DNA of 64,000 bases from a virus, in IMG/VR virus record IMGVR_UViG_3300031718_000005, positions 1-64,000 of that record. One strand, written 5' to 3'. Positions 26,800-36,540 of the stretch are shown here, piece after piece; position 1 is the first letter of the stretch; each line of letters starts with the position of its first letter. Under the pieces are notes generated by a model. The model did not search any database. It was not told where the DNA came from and worked only from the letters and a program-made list of their open reading frames with translations. Position numbers and translations under genes: made by a program.

Positions 26800-28836
26800 A
26801 TGCCAACAATAGGCCTTCCAGCACGGTATCGTAGTCCTTACGGCACCCGTAGTGTGCTCACGCCGCCAGATAGCGCACCGCCGGGATTTAATCCTGACGA
26901 TCCGAACGATGGCATGGATGGGCAGAACGTGGACTATACCGGATCTGCGATGCCGGGGCCTGCCGCAATTCCGCAATCGGCCACGAACGGCGCGGCACCA
27001 GGGACAAGCAACACCGTCTCGCTCGCATCCCCAGCACTGAATGGTAAACCGGAGAGCATGCGAAAGTTTCGACTTGCGAGTGCGGCTCCATCCATGCCAC
27101 CGCCGGAAGCGATGGAACCGCCTCCACAGCCCACTGGGACTTCAACACCTGCACCTTCCCCCGCCGCCAACGCAACAACACCCATCAGCGCCGGTCCTGC
27201 ACCAGAAACAGCATCCATCGGCATGATGGACAGGACTCCTGCGGGGATTACGCCACCTCCGAGCGGAGGGGTGGTTGCGCCCACTCCCCCTACCACCTCT
27301 GATGAACGACGGGCGGCGATTGACGCAGAACGACCTCAAGCATTTCACGATAACTGGGCGCAGCGATTCGGGCGAGCTATTCTTTCACTCACCAAGTTTG
27401 CACCCGCAGCCAACATGCTCATGCACCCGAAGTGGTCTGAGCAGGAAGCAGCGTATCAGCGGGACATGGCGAACGAAGCGCAGCGGGAGCAGTTGGAACA
27501 AACTCAGGCTGGGACCGAGGCCCTTGGAGAACAGCGGGCGGCGCAGGCCGCTTATCGTACCGCCCAGGCCGAACAGCAAGGCGCACTCGCCGACACTCGT
27601 AAGCGAGGGCAAGAAGAGAAAACGTATAAGGACTTCGTTGATTCTCTCGGCAAGGGAGCGCAGCAGATCCCGGCAACACAGGAAATTCCGGAAGGCTTCT
27701 ACTCTGTGGCCGATCCGCGTAATCCGAGCACGCAGTGGGTTCTCCGCACACCGTTCGTTACGGTTCCAGATTCAATGCTCGATATGTTCCCTGGACAGAA
27801 GAGTGGTTTCAAGGCAACCGTCAACGAATTCGATCAAGCGCTGAAAGATAAACGCGATCAGATGAAGGAAGACCAGAAGGCTGGAAATAGGCCAGACAAA
27901 ACGATGACGCCGCAGCAGCGGATGGCCGCTATTGCCGCAGGAGTTCCGGCTAATAAATCCATCGATGAATTGACGCAACCTGAAGCGCAACGGTTAAATG
28001 CTGAGTTGGCAAAACAGGCCCAAGCCACTCACATCACGAACAATACCATCATCCCCGGAATGCCTCCAGCGCCAGGGCCAGGACAAATGACGGGCGGCGA
28101 GGACTATCTCAAGACCCTTCCGGTAGGAGTCGCCGCACAGGTCAAAGCTATCGCCGAAGGCCGTGCGGCACTTCCGTCAGGAGCTACGCGGAGTCAGGCA
28201 GCCCAACAACTCCGCAACGCCGTGTTCACCTACGATCCGCTGTACAGCGATCAACGAGCACAGATTCGCAAGTCTTTCGCGACTGGGCCAGATGGGAGAA
28301 ATATCGGTTCTCTCAATACGGCTACCGTTCACTTGGATCAGTTGGGCGATGCGGCGGAAGCGTTAAAGAACGGCACGTTTACCCCAGGCAACGCCGCTTA
28401 CAACTATTTCGCCAGTATGTTTGGCGGTGCCGCGCCGAGTAATTTCGAGTCTCTGAAATCGGCGGTCGCGGGAGAATTGGCAAACGCGCTGAAGGGTCAA
28501 GCGACCGATATTGAGATCCGCACAATTGGCAACAATATTATGTCGGCAAAATCGCCGGAGCAATTGGGTGGAGCGGTGGACACGAACCTGCATATTCTCG
28601 GGGCGAAGCTGAAGACTTACCAAGAGCGCTATCAGCAGCAGATACCGAATGACCCGGCGTGGAGTCCAGTTCTTCCATCGGCGCGGCGAATTTATCAAAA
28701 ACATGGATTCGATCCAACTGGTGAAACTGGCGGTGGGAAAGTTAGGATGCTACGCCCTGGCGGAGCAACTCCGGTAGAAGTCGATGCAAGTCAAGTGGAA
28801 CATTACAAAAAGCTAGGCGCTAAGGTTGTTCAATAA
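26800..28836 (+). CDS. large internal/ejection-type protein (putative)
   Basis: 678 aa with a P-rich N-terminal third followed by a Q/A/E-rich helical region. Confidence 0.6.
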   Translation: MPTIGLPARYRSPYGTRSVLTPPDSAPPGFNPDDPNDGMDGQNVDYTGSAMPGPAAIPQSATNGAAPGTSNTVSLASPALNGKPESMRKFRLASAAPSMPPPEAMEPPPQPTGTSTPAPSPAANATTPISAGPAPETASIGMMDRTPAGITPPPSGGVVAPTPPTTSDERRAAIDAERPQAFHDNWAQRFGRAILSLTKFAPAANMLMHPKWSEQEAAYQRDMANEAQREQLEQTQAGTEALGEQRAAQAAYRTAQAEQQGALADTRKRGQEEKTYKDFVDSLGKGAQQIPATQEIPEGFYSVADPRNPSTQWVLRTPFVTVPDSMLDMFPGQKSGFKATVNEFDQALKDKRDQMKEDQKAGNRPDKTMTPQQRMAAIAAGVPANKSIDELTQPEAQRLNAELAKQAQATHITNNTIIPGMPPAPGPGQMTGGEDYLKTLPVGVAAQVKAIAEGRAALPSGATRSQAAQQLRNAVFTYDPLYSDQRAQIRKSFATGPDGRNIGSLNTATVHLDQLGDAAEALKNGTFTPGNAAYNYFASMFGGAAPSNFESLKSAVAGELANALKGQATDIEIRTIGNNIMSAKSPEQLGGAVDTNLHILGAKLKTYQERYQQQIPNDPAWSPVLPSARRIYQKHGFDPTGETGGGKVRMLRPGGATPVEVDASQVEHYKKLGAKVVQ

Positions 28837-30380
28837 TGCCTGACGATTCCGATTGGTTCAAGCAAAACGCTCCACTGACGGCATCGCCACAAGTGCAATC
28901 TGACGCCGACTGGTTCAGACAAAATTCTCCTGCCGGGAACGTGAATCTCAATGCTCCTGGCGGATTTGGTCAGGGCATGACGGACATACTAAATCCTGTT
29001 CCGGCTGTAAAGACGGTCGCGACGGCTATGTTCGGTGACCCTAAGGCGCAAGCAGAAGCAAAGGCCAATCTTCGCGACGCTACCATTGGCGCAACACAAC
29101 GACAGGCACAGCTTACAAAAGAGGCGGCAAATGCGGGACGGTATAGCGAAGCTGTTGGGCACGGCCTTGCTACCGCTATTCCGATAATCGGCCCAGCAGC
29201 AGCAGAAGCCGCTGAAACGATTGGCGGCGTAAGCGATATGCCACCGAGTCAGACGATGCCCAGCGAGGGACCACCTAGAGCACCGCAGGTAGCCCGTGGA
29301 TTAGGGCAGGCAACCGCGCTTGTAACTCCCAGCGTGGCATCGTCGCTGGCGCGGGCCGTCAGGAATTCATCAATAGGCGCTGGTGCCGCTGGCATCCTGG
29401 AAGACTCCTCCTCTAAGAATTATGCTCGTGTACTTGGCGCAACGACGAATCAAAACAAAAACATCACCGCTAGAATAGCGCCAGAGTTGGCTGATCGTGG
29501 AGTGTGGGCGGCAACTCGCAAGGGGTTGCGTAATACAGCAGAACAGCAAATACAGTCCTTCGGGCAGCAGATTGGCGATGCTTTCGACGCTCTCCACCCG
29601 GACACAAATCATCCATTGCAGCCGATTCTAGATTCCATTGATTCTGCGGCTAAAAACAGTTTTCAGATTCCCACCAGCAGGGGGCTAATGCCAAAAGGCC
29701 CAACCGCAGAAACCGGCTTATCCCACATTCAGGATCTAAAGAAAGCTCTGACTAATGTGTCCGAGGTGGACCCATCCACGGGCGAAGCAGTAATTCCAGT
29801 AGATAGGCTAAGGGCAATGCGTCAGTACTTCGATGGCATCGCAGCCAAAGCTGGCCGGTATGGGGGAATTGACCTTGCGAACGAAAGTCTTGCGGAGGCG
29901 CACGGGATGGCCGCTGACGCGATTCGCGAGGAGTTAGCAGGCGCGTATCCAGACATCGCAAAAATAAACAAAGAATACTCGTTCTGGAAAAGTGTGCATG
30001 GAGTCGTGGATTCGACCATTAAACGTACACAATCACAGGCCACGCCACTTGGAGAACAACTTGCTACGGCTGCTGGTGCTGCTGCCAAAATCGGAGCACA
30101 TGGAACTATTGGCGGTGCTGCGCTAACAGCCACGGGAGCTAAACTGCTCGTGAAGTTCGTCCGTAGTCCTGCATGGCAAACCACGTCCGCTATCACCAAA
30201 AGCAGGCTTGCCGATCTTCTAGCTGCTGGAAATTCCGATGGAGTCGCAGAGCTAATTGGTCGTGCGACTGGAAGTCCTTGGACATACAGACTTCCTGAGA
30301 CTACGGTTATGGCGGGTACGCCACAGAATCGGCAAACTACTTCTCGCGGCACTCCAGTAACGATGCCGCCACCTGAATAA
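28836..30380 (+). CDS. large virion protein (putative)
   Basis: 514 aa. N-terminal duplicated DSDWFKQNAP / DADWFRQNSP. Confidence 0.6.
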   Translation: MPDDSDWFKQNAPLTASPQVQSDADWFRQNSPAGNVNLNAPGGFGQGMTDILNPVPAVKTVATAMFGDPKAQAEAKANLRDATIGATQRQAQLTKEAANAGRYSEAVGHGLATAIPIIGPAAAEAAETIGGVSDMPPSQTMPSEGPPRAPQVARGLGQATALVTPSVASSLARAVRNSSIGAGAAGILEDSSSKNYARVLGATTNQNKNITARIAPELADRGVWAATRKGLRNTAEQQIQSFGQQIGDAFDALHPDTNHPLQPILDSIDSAAKNSFQIPTSRGLMPKGPTAETGLSHIQDLKKALTNVSEVDPSTGEAVIPVDRLRAMRQYFDGIAAKAGRYGGIDLANESLAEAHGMAADAIREELAGAYPDIAKINKEYSFWKSVHGVVDSTIKRTQSQATPLGEQLATAAGAAAKIGAHGTIGGAALTATGAKLLVKFVRSPAWQTTSAITKSRLADLLAAGNSDGVAELIGRATGSPWTYRLPETTVMAGTPQNRQTTSRGTPVTMPPPE

Positions 30381-30381
30381 T

Positions 30382-31518
30382 ATGGCATCAATCAAGCGCG
30401 GAAAATGGGAAAGAGCTGCGGCGAAGAGAGCCGCCGCCGATCCCGCCGCTATTCCGCCCTCACCACCGCCCGATCAACAAATCGCGATGGTCAAGAGCGG
30501 CATCGACATAAACCGTGGCAACGCGAACCAAATTCCTTTATCGGACGTAGGACACTCGGAAGCCCAGCAACGTGCCGATCAGTTCGCAGCTAAAGGCGGA
30601 GTAGATCAAGTTGTCATCCCAACTAGTGAACGGGCCAAGGAATCAGCGGCACCGATTATCGCGGCGAATCCCCAAGCCCAGGTAAAGAGCGATCCAAATC
30701 TCGAAGCGCATGCCCAAGGCAACCTGGAAGGCCAGCCCATGGACATGGTGAAGGGCCAACTGAGGGATCTGATGAAGAACAATCCCCAGCGGATCATTCC
30801 CGGCCAAGGTGCGCTGTCGTCACGCAAAGGTGAATCCTTCGACCAAGCTAGATTGCGGATTCTCCCGGCGATCCGGGGAGTCATGCAGCAACTCGCGGAG
30901 GGAATGCAGAAGAATCCAGACCACAAGATCGTAGTACCAATTCACTCCTCGGTCATCAAGCTAACGAAGGCGTGGCTAGCCAACGGAGCGCCTGACGATT
31001 TTTCGGTGAACCCGTCCGTGATGGACAAGGAAACGTCGGAGACTCCTGGTGGGGTAGACCATCTCTTCCCGAACAAGAGGGGTGAGTGGGAAACGAACGA
31101 AGTCAACATGCGCGATCCGCAACAACTGGGAGCGGGCATCTATCTTCTCCGCCACGCTCCGACGCCGATTAATAAAGAGACTTACGAGCAAGGCGCAGCC
31201 CAGCAACAAGCCTTAGCGCAGATGCACAAACACATTCAGTCGGGCGATTTCAGACGAGCCAAGAGCTTTGCTGAACAAGCTTCCAAAGCCGGAATGAGCG
31301 ATCAGGACATTGAGAAGTACGTGGATAACGCCATTCCAGACCGCGACACCGTTTCGCAGTATCCCATGCCTCGGTTACTTGCAACCATCGCCGCCGCAGG
31401 GCCGCAGAAGAAACAAGAACTCGCCCCGCTGTTACAAAGCCACTTTGGAAACATCGACCAATTACCGGAGGACGTGCGTGGTCCGTTCGCCGAGCACCTA
31501 GCCCAGATCGCTTCCTGA
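30382..31518 (+). CDS. protein with a divergent histidine-phosphatase (PGAM)-like fold
   Basis: 378 aa. NRGNANQIPLSDVGHSEAQQRA, VVIPTSERAKESAAPI, GESFDQARLRI and IVVPIHSSVIKL follow the order of PGAM-family motifs. The RHG motif appears as RG, and an RHA motif (IYLLRHAPTP) occurs downstream. Confidence 0.45.
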   Translation: MASIKRGKWERAAAKRAAADPAAIPPSPPPDQQIAMVKSGIDINRGNANQIPLSDVGHSEAQQRADQFAAKGGVDQVVIPTSERAKESAAPIIAANPQAQVKSDPNLEAHAQGNLEGQPMDMVKGQLRDLMKNNPQRIIPGQGALSSRKGESFDQARLRILPAIRGVMQQLAEGMQKNPDHKIVVPIHSSVIKLTKAWLANGAPDDFSVNPSVMDKETSETPGGVDHLFPNKRGEWETNEVNMRDPQQLGAGIYLLRHAPTPINKETYEQGAAQQQALAQMHKHIQSGDFRRAKSFAEQASKAGMSDQDIEKYVDNAIPDRDTVSQYPMPRLLATIAAAGPQKKQELAPLLQSHFGNIDQLPEDVRGPFAEHLAQIAS

Positions 31519-31529
31519 AGGAGAATTTC

Positions 31530-32084
31530 ATGAGACTAATACTTTCGCTGTTGTTTACCATGGTGCTCTACGCCCAAGGGCCGGAGGTGTCTATCTCCCA
31601 ACTTCCGCCCCTAAATCCAGGGCAACTGATTTACGGTTATTCGGGCACGAACCTGATTTACACCTGCTACGCACATTCGGGGTCTTCCACTCCTTCCGGG
31701 CCAAACGCGATCTCCGGTGTATCGAAGGCGAACCCGGCTATCGTGACTTCATCGGGGCATGGATTCAACGTCAACTCCCGGCCCAAGGTTACGATCTCCG
31801 GGGCCACGGGAACGGGATGGACGGCGATAAACGCGACTTGGACCGCGACGATTCTCGATGCCAACACGTTCTCGATTCCGATTGACTCCACTGGATTCGG
31901 GACGCTTGCGGGAACAGTAATTTTCACGACTACGGCTCCGCAGACCAATCAGCCGGTATGGGCCGTCAAGCTCTATACTTATGATGGTTCTAATAATTTA
32001 ATTTTCTCGGCGTGGCTCAACGGATCGTTGAGCTTTACCTCGAAGTGTTCCGATGCCACGTCGTCAACGTTGAACGCACAGTAA
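31530..32084 (+). CDS. signal-peptide protein with an FCCH-like beta domain
   Basis: MRLILSLLFTMVLYAQG. PAIVTSSGHGFNVNSRPKVTISGATGTGWTAINATWTATILDANTFSI. Confidence 0.6.
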   Translation: MRLILSLLFTMVLYAQGPEVSISQLPPLNPGQLIYGYSGTNLIYTCYAHSGSSTPSGPNAISGVSKANPAIVTSSGHGFNVNSRPKVTISGATGTGWTAINATWTATILDANTFSIPIDSTGFGTLAGTVIFTTTAPQTNQPVWAVKLYTYDGSNNLIFSAWLNGSLSFTSKCSDATSSTLNAQ

Positions 32085-32139
32085 TCCTTCAGATCACCCT
32101 TGCTATCATTCCAACGTTCAAAGTAGAAAGGTAAATTCA

Positions 32140-32739
32140 ATGAAACTTGTAGGCTCACTCCTGCTAGCAACGGCGCTTCTGTTCGGACAAGCTGTTGACA
32201 AAGTTGACGCGTCTGGTCGAGCGTCGGCGTCCGTAGGGCGTAATCGGAAGATCACCGAAGGGACGCGGCGTTCCAACGTTGTGCATGTCTTGGCTCGACA
32301 CCCCAAGCCTGGCTGCGCTGATACCGCCGTATGCGGGACGATCTTCTACGAGACTACCACCCATAACCTCGTCACCAACGCCGGGCTGAACTGGCTCGCC
32401 GATATCATGGCGAACACGTCAACGCCAGCGGTGAATACCCAGTGCAACTTCATTGCTCTGACAAACACCGCGATCACTCCCGGTGCGACCGATACCACGC
32501 TTTCTGGTGAAATTGTTGCCAACGGCCTGAGCCGCGCTCAGGGGACGTACACGCACAGCTCGAACGCGACCACGTTCACCATCGCCAAGACGTTCACGGC
32601 CACTGGTGCTCAGTCGGCCCAAGCTGGCGCTGTCTTTACGGCGTCAAGCGCTGGCACCATGTGCTATGAGGACACGTTCACCAGCGCTACGCTCGCGACT
32701 AACGACACACTCAGCGTAACTTGGACAATTACTATATAG
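32140..32739 (+). CDS. signal-peptide protein, paralog of 34587-35033
   Basis: MKLVGSLLLATALLFGQA. The shared pattern N.a.LN...AL...tL.GE..NG... with ORF 34587 was judged by eye. Confidence 0.55.
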   Translation: MKLVGSLLLATALLFGQAVDKVDASGRASASVGRNRKITEGTRRSNVVHVLARHPKPGCADTAVCGTIFYETTTHNLVTNAGLNWLADIMANTSTPAVNTQCNFIALTNTAITPGATDTTLSGEIVANGLSRAQGTYTHSSNATTFTIAKTFTATGAQSAQAGAVFTASSAGTMCYEDTFTSATLATNDTLSVTWTITI

Positions 32740-32754
32740 CTGATAACAAAGGAC

Positions 32755-34338
32755 TTGCTTATTTTAAGGTATGTACTAATCATTGCCCTACCGGGAATTG
32801 TTTGTGCGAGCAAATGGATTCCGTCAAAAGCCGCCTCGGATCTGACGACAGTGCAAACCTGTAATGCAGTCAGTACACAGAACACCTTCGCTCCGCAGAA
32901 ACTTGAGAACTCAACGGCCACGACAGGCTCCTGGGCATTCTCGCAGGTCAAGAGCAGCACACAGAACTTTGAGCTTTACACGAACGCGAACTTTCCCAAC
33001 AACACGTCTTGGGCATCTGGAACATGGACCATTCAAATCGACGTGACCATAGCAGCGTCGGCCAATATGACCTGGGAGGACACCTGTGTTATCCGGGTGA
33101 ACTCATCGGGCGTGGCGCAAACGACTGAAGGCTCAACGACGGCGCAGGCGATTAGTCTCAACACGACCGGAACCAAGAGCATGAACGTCACGCAATCGGC
33201 GACCGACAGCAGCGCATCGGCTACAGACCGTATCGTGATCGTGATGAACTTCAAGAACGCCTCATCAACGACTACGCGGACGTTCACATTGGACGCTGGG
33301 GTTGTTGCCAACGAATTTGTAACGGCTCCTACAGTGGCTAAATTGACTGGTACGGCAACAGACGGCACGCTCTCAGAAAGTATGGCCCGCGTTCATGGAT
33401 GGGTTCGCACCGATTCAGATACAGCATTGTCAGCAGAGTCTCCTGCGCGAGTTTTTGGCGCGGTGCGGTCTGACTCCGATACGACCTTATCCGCTGAATC
33501 CGATGCGCGTGTGTTTGGGGCCGTCCGTTCTGGTTCTGACGGGACGCTATCGGAAACTGCGGCTCGATCTGCAATTGCTTTCGCCCGAACTGGTTCGGAT
33601 GCCGGCGTATTAACAGAAACGGCTTCGCGAGCAAGTATTGCCTTCACGCGCACAGATGCGGATTCGGCGTTCTCATCTGAAACTGGAGCACGATCCGCGA
33701 TTGCATTTAATCGCAGTGGTGCAGACGCGGCACTCTCGTCCGAATCGGCATTGCGGGGCACGATTGCCTTTCTGCGTTCTAGTTCTGACGGCACCGTGGT
33801 GGAATCCATGGTACGGCAACCGCTTGCATTTATACGCATCGGAGCGGACGGTAGCGTTACCGAGACAGTAGCCAGACAGCGGAATGTGCCGATCACAATA
33901 TCGGATGGAACGCTCTCGGCGTCGGTTGGACGAACAGCGGCCTCGTTCCGCACCGCATCCGATGGCACGCTTTCCGAATCAGTCAATCGCGGTTCGCTCG
34001 TATTGGCGCGTACTACGTCAGACGGATCGCTTTCCGAAACGCTCGCCACTAACAGCGCATATGTGCGGACTGTTGTTGCGGATGGAAGCACAACGGAGTC
34101 AGTCGTTCGGCTGGCGGCATCGCTACGCAATCTATCCGATGGATCGTTGGCTGAATCCATAATATCGAATGGGGCCTTTTCTCGGGCTATGTTCGATGGA
34201 AGTTTGGGAGAGTCGCTTGCGACGGTTTCGTCGGGCGGTCATTCGTCCATTTATAAAACGCTGTGTCCTGAGTTGCACATCACTCCAGCAGTTTGGAAAG
34301 CGAATATTGGTCTATGGCCGCTCTGTTCGATCAAATAG
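32755..34338 (+). CDS. fibre-like protein with a signal peptide and a 17-18-aa repeat shaft
   Basis: TTG start. MLILRYVLIIALPGIVCAS. About 17 repeats of the type xARxxxAFxRxxSDGxLSEx. Confidence 0.6.
   Translation: MLILRYVLIIALPGIVCASKWIPSKAASDLTTVQTCNAVSTQNTFAPQKLENSTATTGSWAFSQVKSSTQNFELYTNANFPNNTSWASGTWTIQIDVTIAASANMTWEDTCVIRVNSSGVAQTTEGSTTAQAISLNTTGTKSMNVTQSATDSSASATDRIVIVMNFKNASSTTTRTFTLDAGVVANEFVTAPTVAKLTGTATDGTLSESMARVHGWVRTDSDTALSAESPARVFGAVRSDSDTTLSAESDARVFGAVRSGSDGTLSETAARSAIAFARTGSDAGVLTETASRASIAFTRTDADSAFSSETGARSAIAFNRSGADAALSSESALRGTIAFLRSSSDGTVVESMVRQPLAFIRIGADGSVTETVARQRNVPITISDGTLSASVGRTAASFRTASDGTLSESVNRGSLVLARTTSDGSLSETLATNSAYVRTVVADGSTTESVVRLAASLRNLSDGSLAESIISNGAFSRAMFDGSLGESLATVSSGGHSSIYKTLCPELHITPAVWKANIGLWPLCSIK
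33349..34233 (+). repeat. coding tandem repeat, unit about 51-54 nt
   Basis: Recurrent (S/T)DG(T/S)LSE(S/T) spaced 17-18 aa apart. Diverged at the nucleotide level. Confidence 0.7.
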
Positions 34339-34571
34339 TCGGTGAAGTAGTTCCCTACGAGCAAGACGTGGAAGGGGACACGATTGCCTCGGTTGCGTGG
34401 TCCGTTTCCCCCACCGGCCCAACCGTCACTCCACTGGCAAATACCGGAACATCGGCGACAGCTAACTTCACTAGCTCGGTAGTCGGAACGTTCGTTTTGC
34501 AATGCGTTCTAACACTAACCACCAACGGCCAAATCCGCAAGGGCCGCGCAACAATCTCAGTAGATCCCTAA
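34314..34571 (+). CDS. small Ig-like protein (putative)
   Basis: Internal ATG. Beta-rich sequence SVAWSVSPTGPTV...FVLQCVLTLTTNG. Overlaps the upstream gene by 25 nt. Confidence 0.4.
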   Translation: MAALFDQIVGEVVPYEQDVEGDTIASVAWSVSPTGPTVTPLANTGTSATANFTSSVVGTFVLQCVLTLTTNGQIRKGRATISVDP

Positions 34572-34586
34572 AGGAGACATAAAACT

Positions 34587-35033
34587 ATGGGGCCGGGTCC
34601 ATGGACGCTATACAACGATGCCAAGCTGAACTTCTTCAAGAAGCTCATGGATCTTGGCGGAGACACATTTAAGGTCGCGCTCGTTACGTCATCCTCTAAT
34701 GGACTCGTCGCGACGTTAACGCCGGGAACCTATGGCACCTTGACCGGCGAACTTACAACAGCCAACGGGTACACGGCGGGCGGGGCTACGGCTGGATCAC
34801 CCACGTTAACAGGTGGTGGCGCGACAGCCACTATCACATGGAACACCAATGACGTGTCATGGACTGCCTCTGGGGCCGGGTTTACGGCGCGTGGGGCGGT
34901 GATGTATGATTCGACGGCGGGAGATTTGATTGCCTTCTTCCTGCTCGACTCCACGCCCGCCGATGTGACGATAGCGGCTGGAAATACATTGACCATCTCC
35001 ATCGCCAGCCCGAAGGTATTCACCGCGACTTAA
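34587..35033 (+). CDS. hypothetical fibre-module protein
   Basis: 148 aa. AGGAGA lies upstream. Paralogous pattern to 32140-32739 but without a signal peptide. Confidence 0.55.
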   Translation: MGPGPWTLYNDAKLNFFKKLMDLGGDTFKVALVTSSSNGLVATLTPGTYGTLTGELTTANGYTAGGATAGSPTLTGGGATATITWNTNDVSWTASGAGFTARGAVMYDSTAGDLIAFFLLDSTPADVTIAAGNTLTISIASPKVFTAT

Positions 35034-35037
35034 TAAA

Positions 35038-36540
35038 ATGGCATTCGCCACCTCACGCTCGCTCACTATCGACCACACCAAGGTATCGGGATCGGATCAG
35101 TCCAATTTCCCGGTCTTGGTGAAGATCGTCAACGGTTCGTTCGCCACGGTAGCAAACAGCGGACTGATTCAGCACACAGTAACTCAATCCGGGGGCAACC
35201 CAATCACCATGCCCGCTGATCTTATCTTTACCTCGGATTCGGGCGGGGCAACAAAGATACCGTGGGAATTTGAATCATACGACGGGACGACTGGAACACT
35301 TTACGCCTGGGTGTTGATCGCCACCGTCTCACACACAGTAGATACTGTCTTCTATGTTTTCTACGGGGATGCGACGGTTTCGACTCAGCAAAACACCGGT
35401 AGCTTCTCTGTGGCTAACGTCTGGGACGCGAACTTCAAGGGAGTCTACCATTTCCCCGATGGCACGACGCTGAACGCGAAAGATTCTACCGGCAACGCCA
35501 ACAACGGGACTCTTACTGGTTCGAGTTTGGCTACAGCCGGGAAAGTCGATGGATGTTTCGACGTTCATCCTAATCCTGACTACGCATCGGTCGGAACCCT
35601 GGGACTGACTACTACCTTTACCTTCAGTTTGTGGATCAAACCGGCAGATTTGAGATTTGGTGGATTGATCGCCCAGCAAGCACATGGTGGGGTAGAGTTC
35701 CGAACCAACAACGACAACACTCTTAGCCTACTTAGTGCTCAAGTATCCAATCTAGCCACTTCGAGCGGGACGGTGACTACTGGGGCTTTCCATTATGTCG
35801 TGCTCACCTACGATGGGTCCACCGCCAAATTCTACATTGATGGGGCGGCATCTGGAAGTACGAGCGTTTCGTTCACGTTCGGATCGGGTATATACGATAT
35901 CGGTCGCAGTGGAGGGGCGGGAGACTTTTTTTCCGGTCCTCTTGATGAAGCGCGGATATCGAGTACAATCCGATCCGCCGACTGGATCACCACTGAGTTC
36001 AACAATCAGAACTCACCCAACACGTTCATCACACTGGGCGGGGCATTAACCACACTCGCTCCAAGTGCCGCGTCGTTTACGTTTACCGACCTGACGCCCG
36101 CGCTGACGCGGAAACTCCAGCCCGCTTCAGCGTCCCTCACATTCACTGGCGCAACCCCGAGCGAAAGACAAACGCTTCACCCTGCTGCTGGTAGTCTTAC
36201 ATTTACAGGCGAAACTCCAGTAACCGGCGGTGTTCTACGGCCATCTGCGGCAACATTGGCTTTCGCTGGACGAACCCCAACACTGAAGACCGGGCTACGG
36301 CCAAACGCCGCAAGTTTCGTCTTGACGGGCGATGGTCCGCACTTACGGTTAACGCTTCACCCTACTCCCGCAGTGATTATGTTCCATGGCTTGATGCCAT
36401 CGCTTACGGGAGCTTCCTTTGCCAATGCGCGAAGATTTACACCGATAGACGCCGATCCCCGAGCATTGGCTGCGGTCGATGCCGTGAACCGTAAACTCAA
36501 ACCGCTGAATTCCTCACCACGTTCTATGGAGAAAGTATGA
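35038..36540 (+). CDS. DUF2341/LamG-like (concanavalin-type) domain protein
   Basis: SLTIDHTKVSGSDQSNFPVLV. DSTGNANNGTL...FSLWIKP...VVLTYDGSTAKFYIDG...GPLDEARISSTIRSADWITTEFNNQ. Confidence 0.75.
   Translation: MAFATSRSLTIDHTKVSGSDQSNFPVLVKIVNGSFATVANSGLIQHTVTQSGGNPITMPADLIFTSDSGGATKIPWEFESYDGTTGTLYAWVLIATVSHTVDTVFYVFYGDATVSTQQNTGSFSVANVWDANFKGVYHFPDGTTLNAKDSTGNANNGTLTGSSLATAGKVDGCFDVHPNPDYASVGTLGLTTTFTFSLWIKPADLRFGGLIAQQAHGGVEFRTNNDNTLSLLSAQVSNLATSSGTVTTGAFHYVVLTYDGSTAKFYIDGAASGSTSVSFTFGSGIYDIGRSGGAGDFFSGPLDEARISSTIRSADWITTEFNNQNSPNTFITLGGALTTLAPSAASFTFTDLTPALTRKLQPASASLTFTGATPSERQTLHPAAGSLTFTGETPVTGGVLRPSAATLAFAGRTPTLKTGLRPNAASFVLTGDGPHLRLTLHPTPAVIMFHGLMPSLTGASFANARRFTPIDADPRALAAVDAVNRKLKPLNSSPRSMEKV
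36058..36411 (+). repeat. six 20-aa (60-nt) coding repeats
   Basis: P(S/A)AASFTFTG.TP....L(R/H/Q) units: APSAASFTFTD..., PASASLTFTG..., PAAGSLTFTG..., PSAATLAFAG..., PNAASFVLTG..., PTPAVIMFHG... Confidence 0.7.

Noticed and set aside
35925-35931. T7 homopolymer inside the LamG gene (GACTTTTTTTCC) as a slippage or phase-variation site.
   Set aside because: It is a single run read as Phe-Phe in frame. No alternative-frame ORF of note lies downstream, and there is no supporting repeat context.
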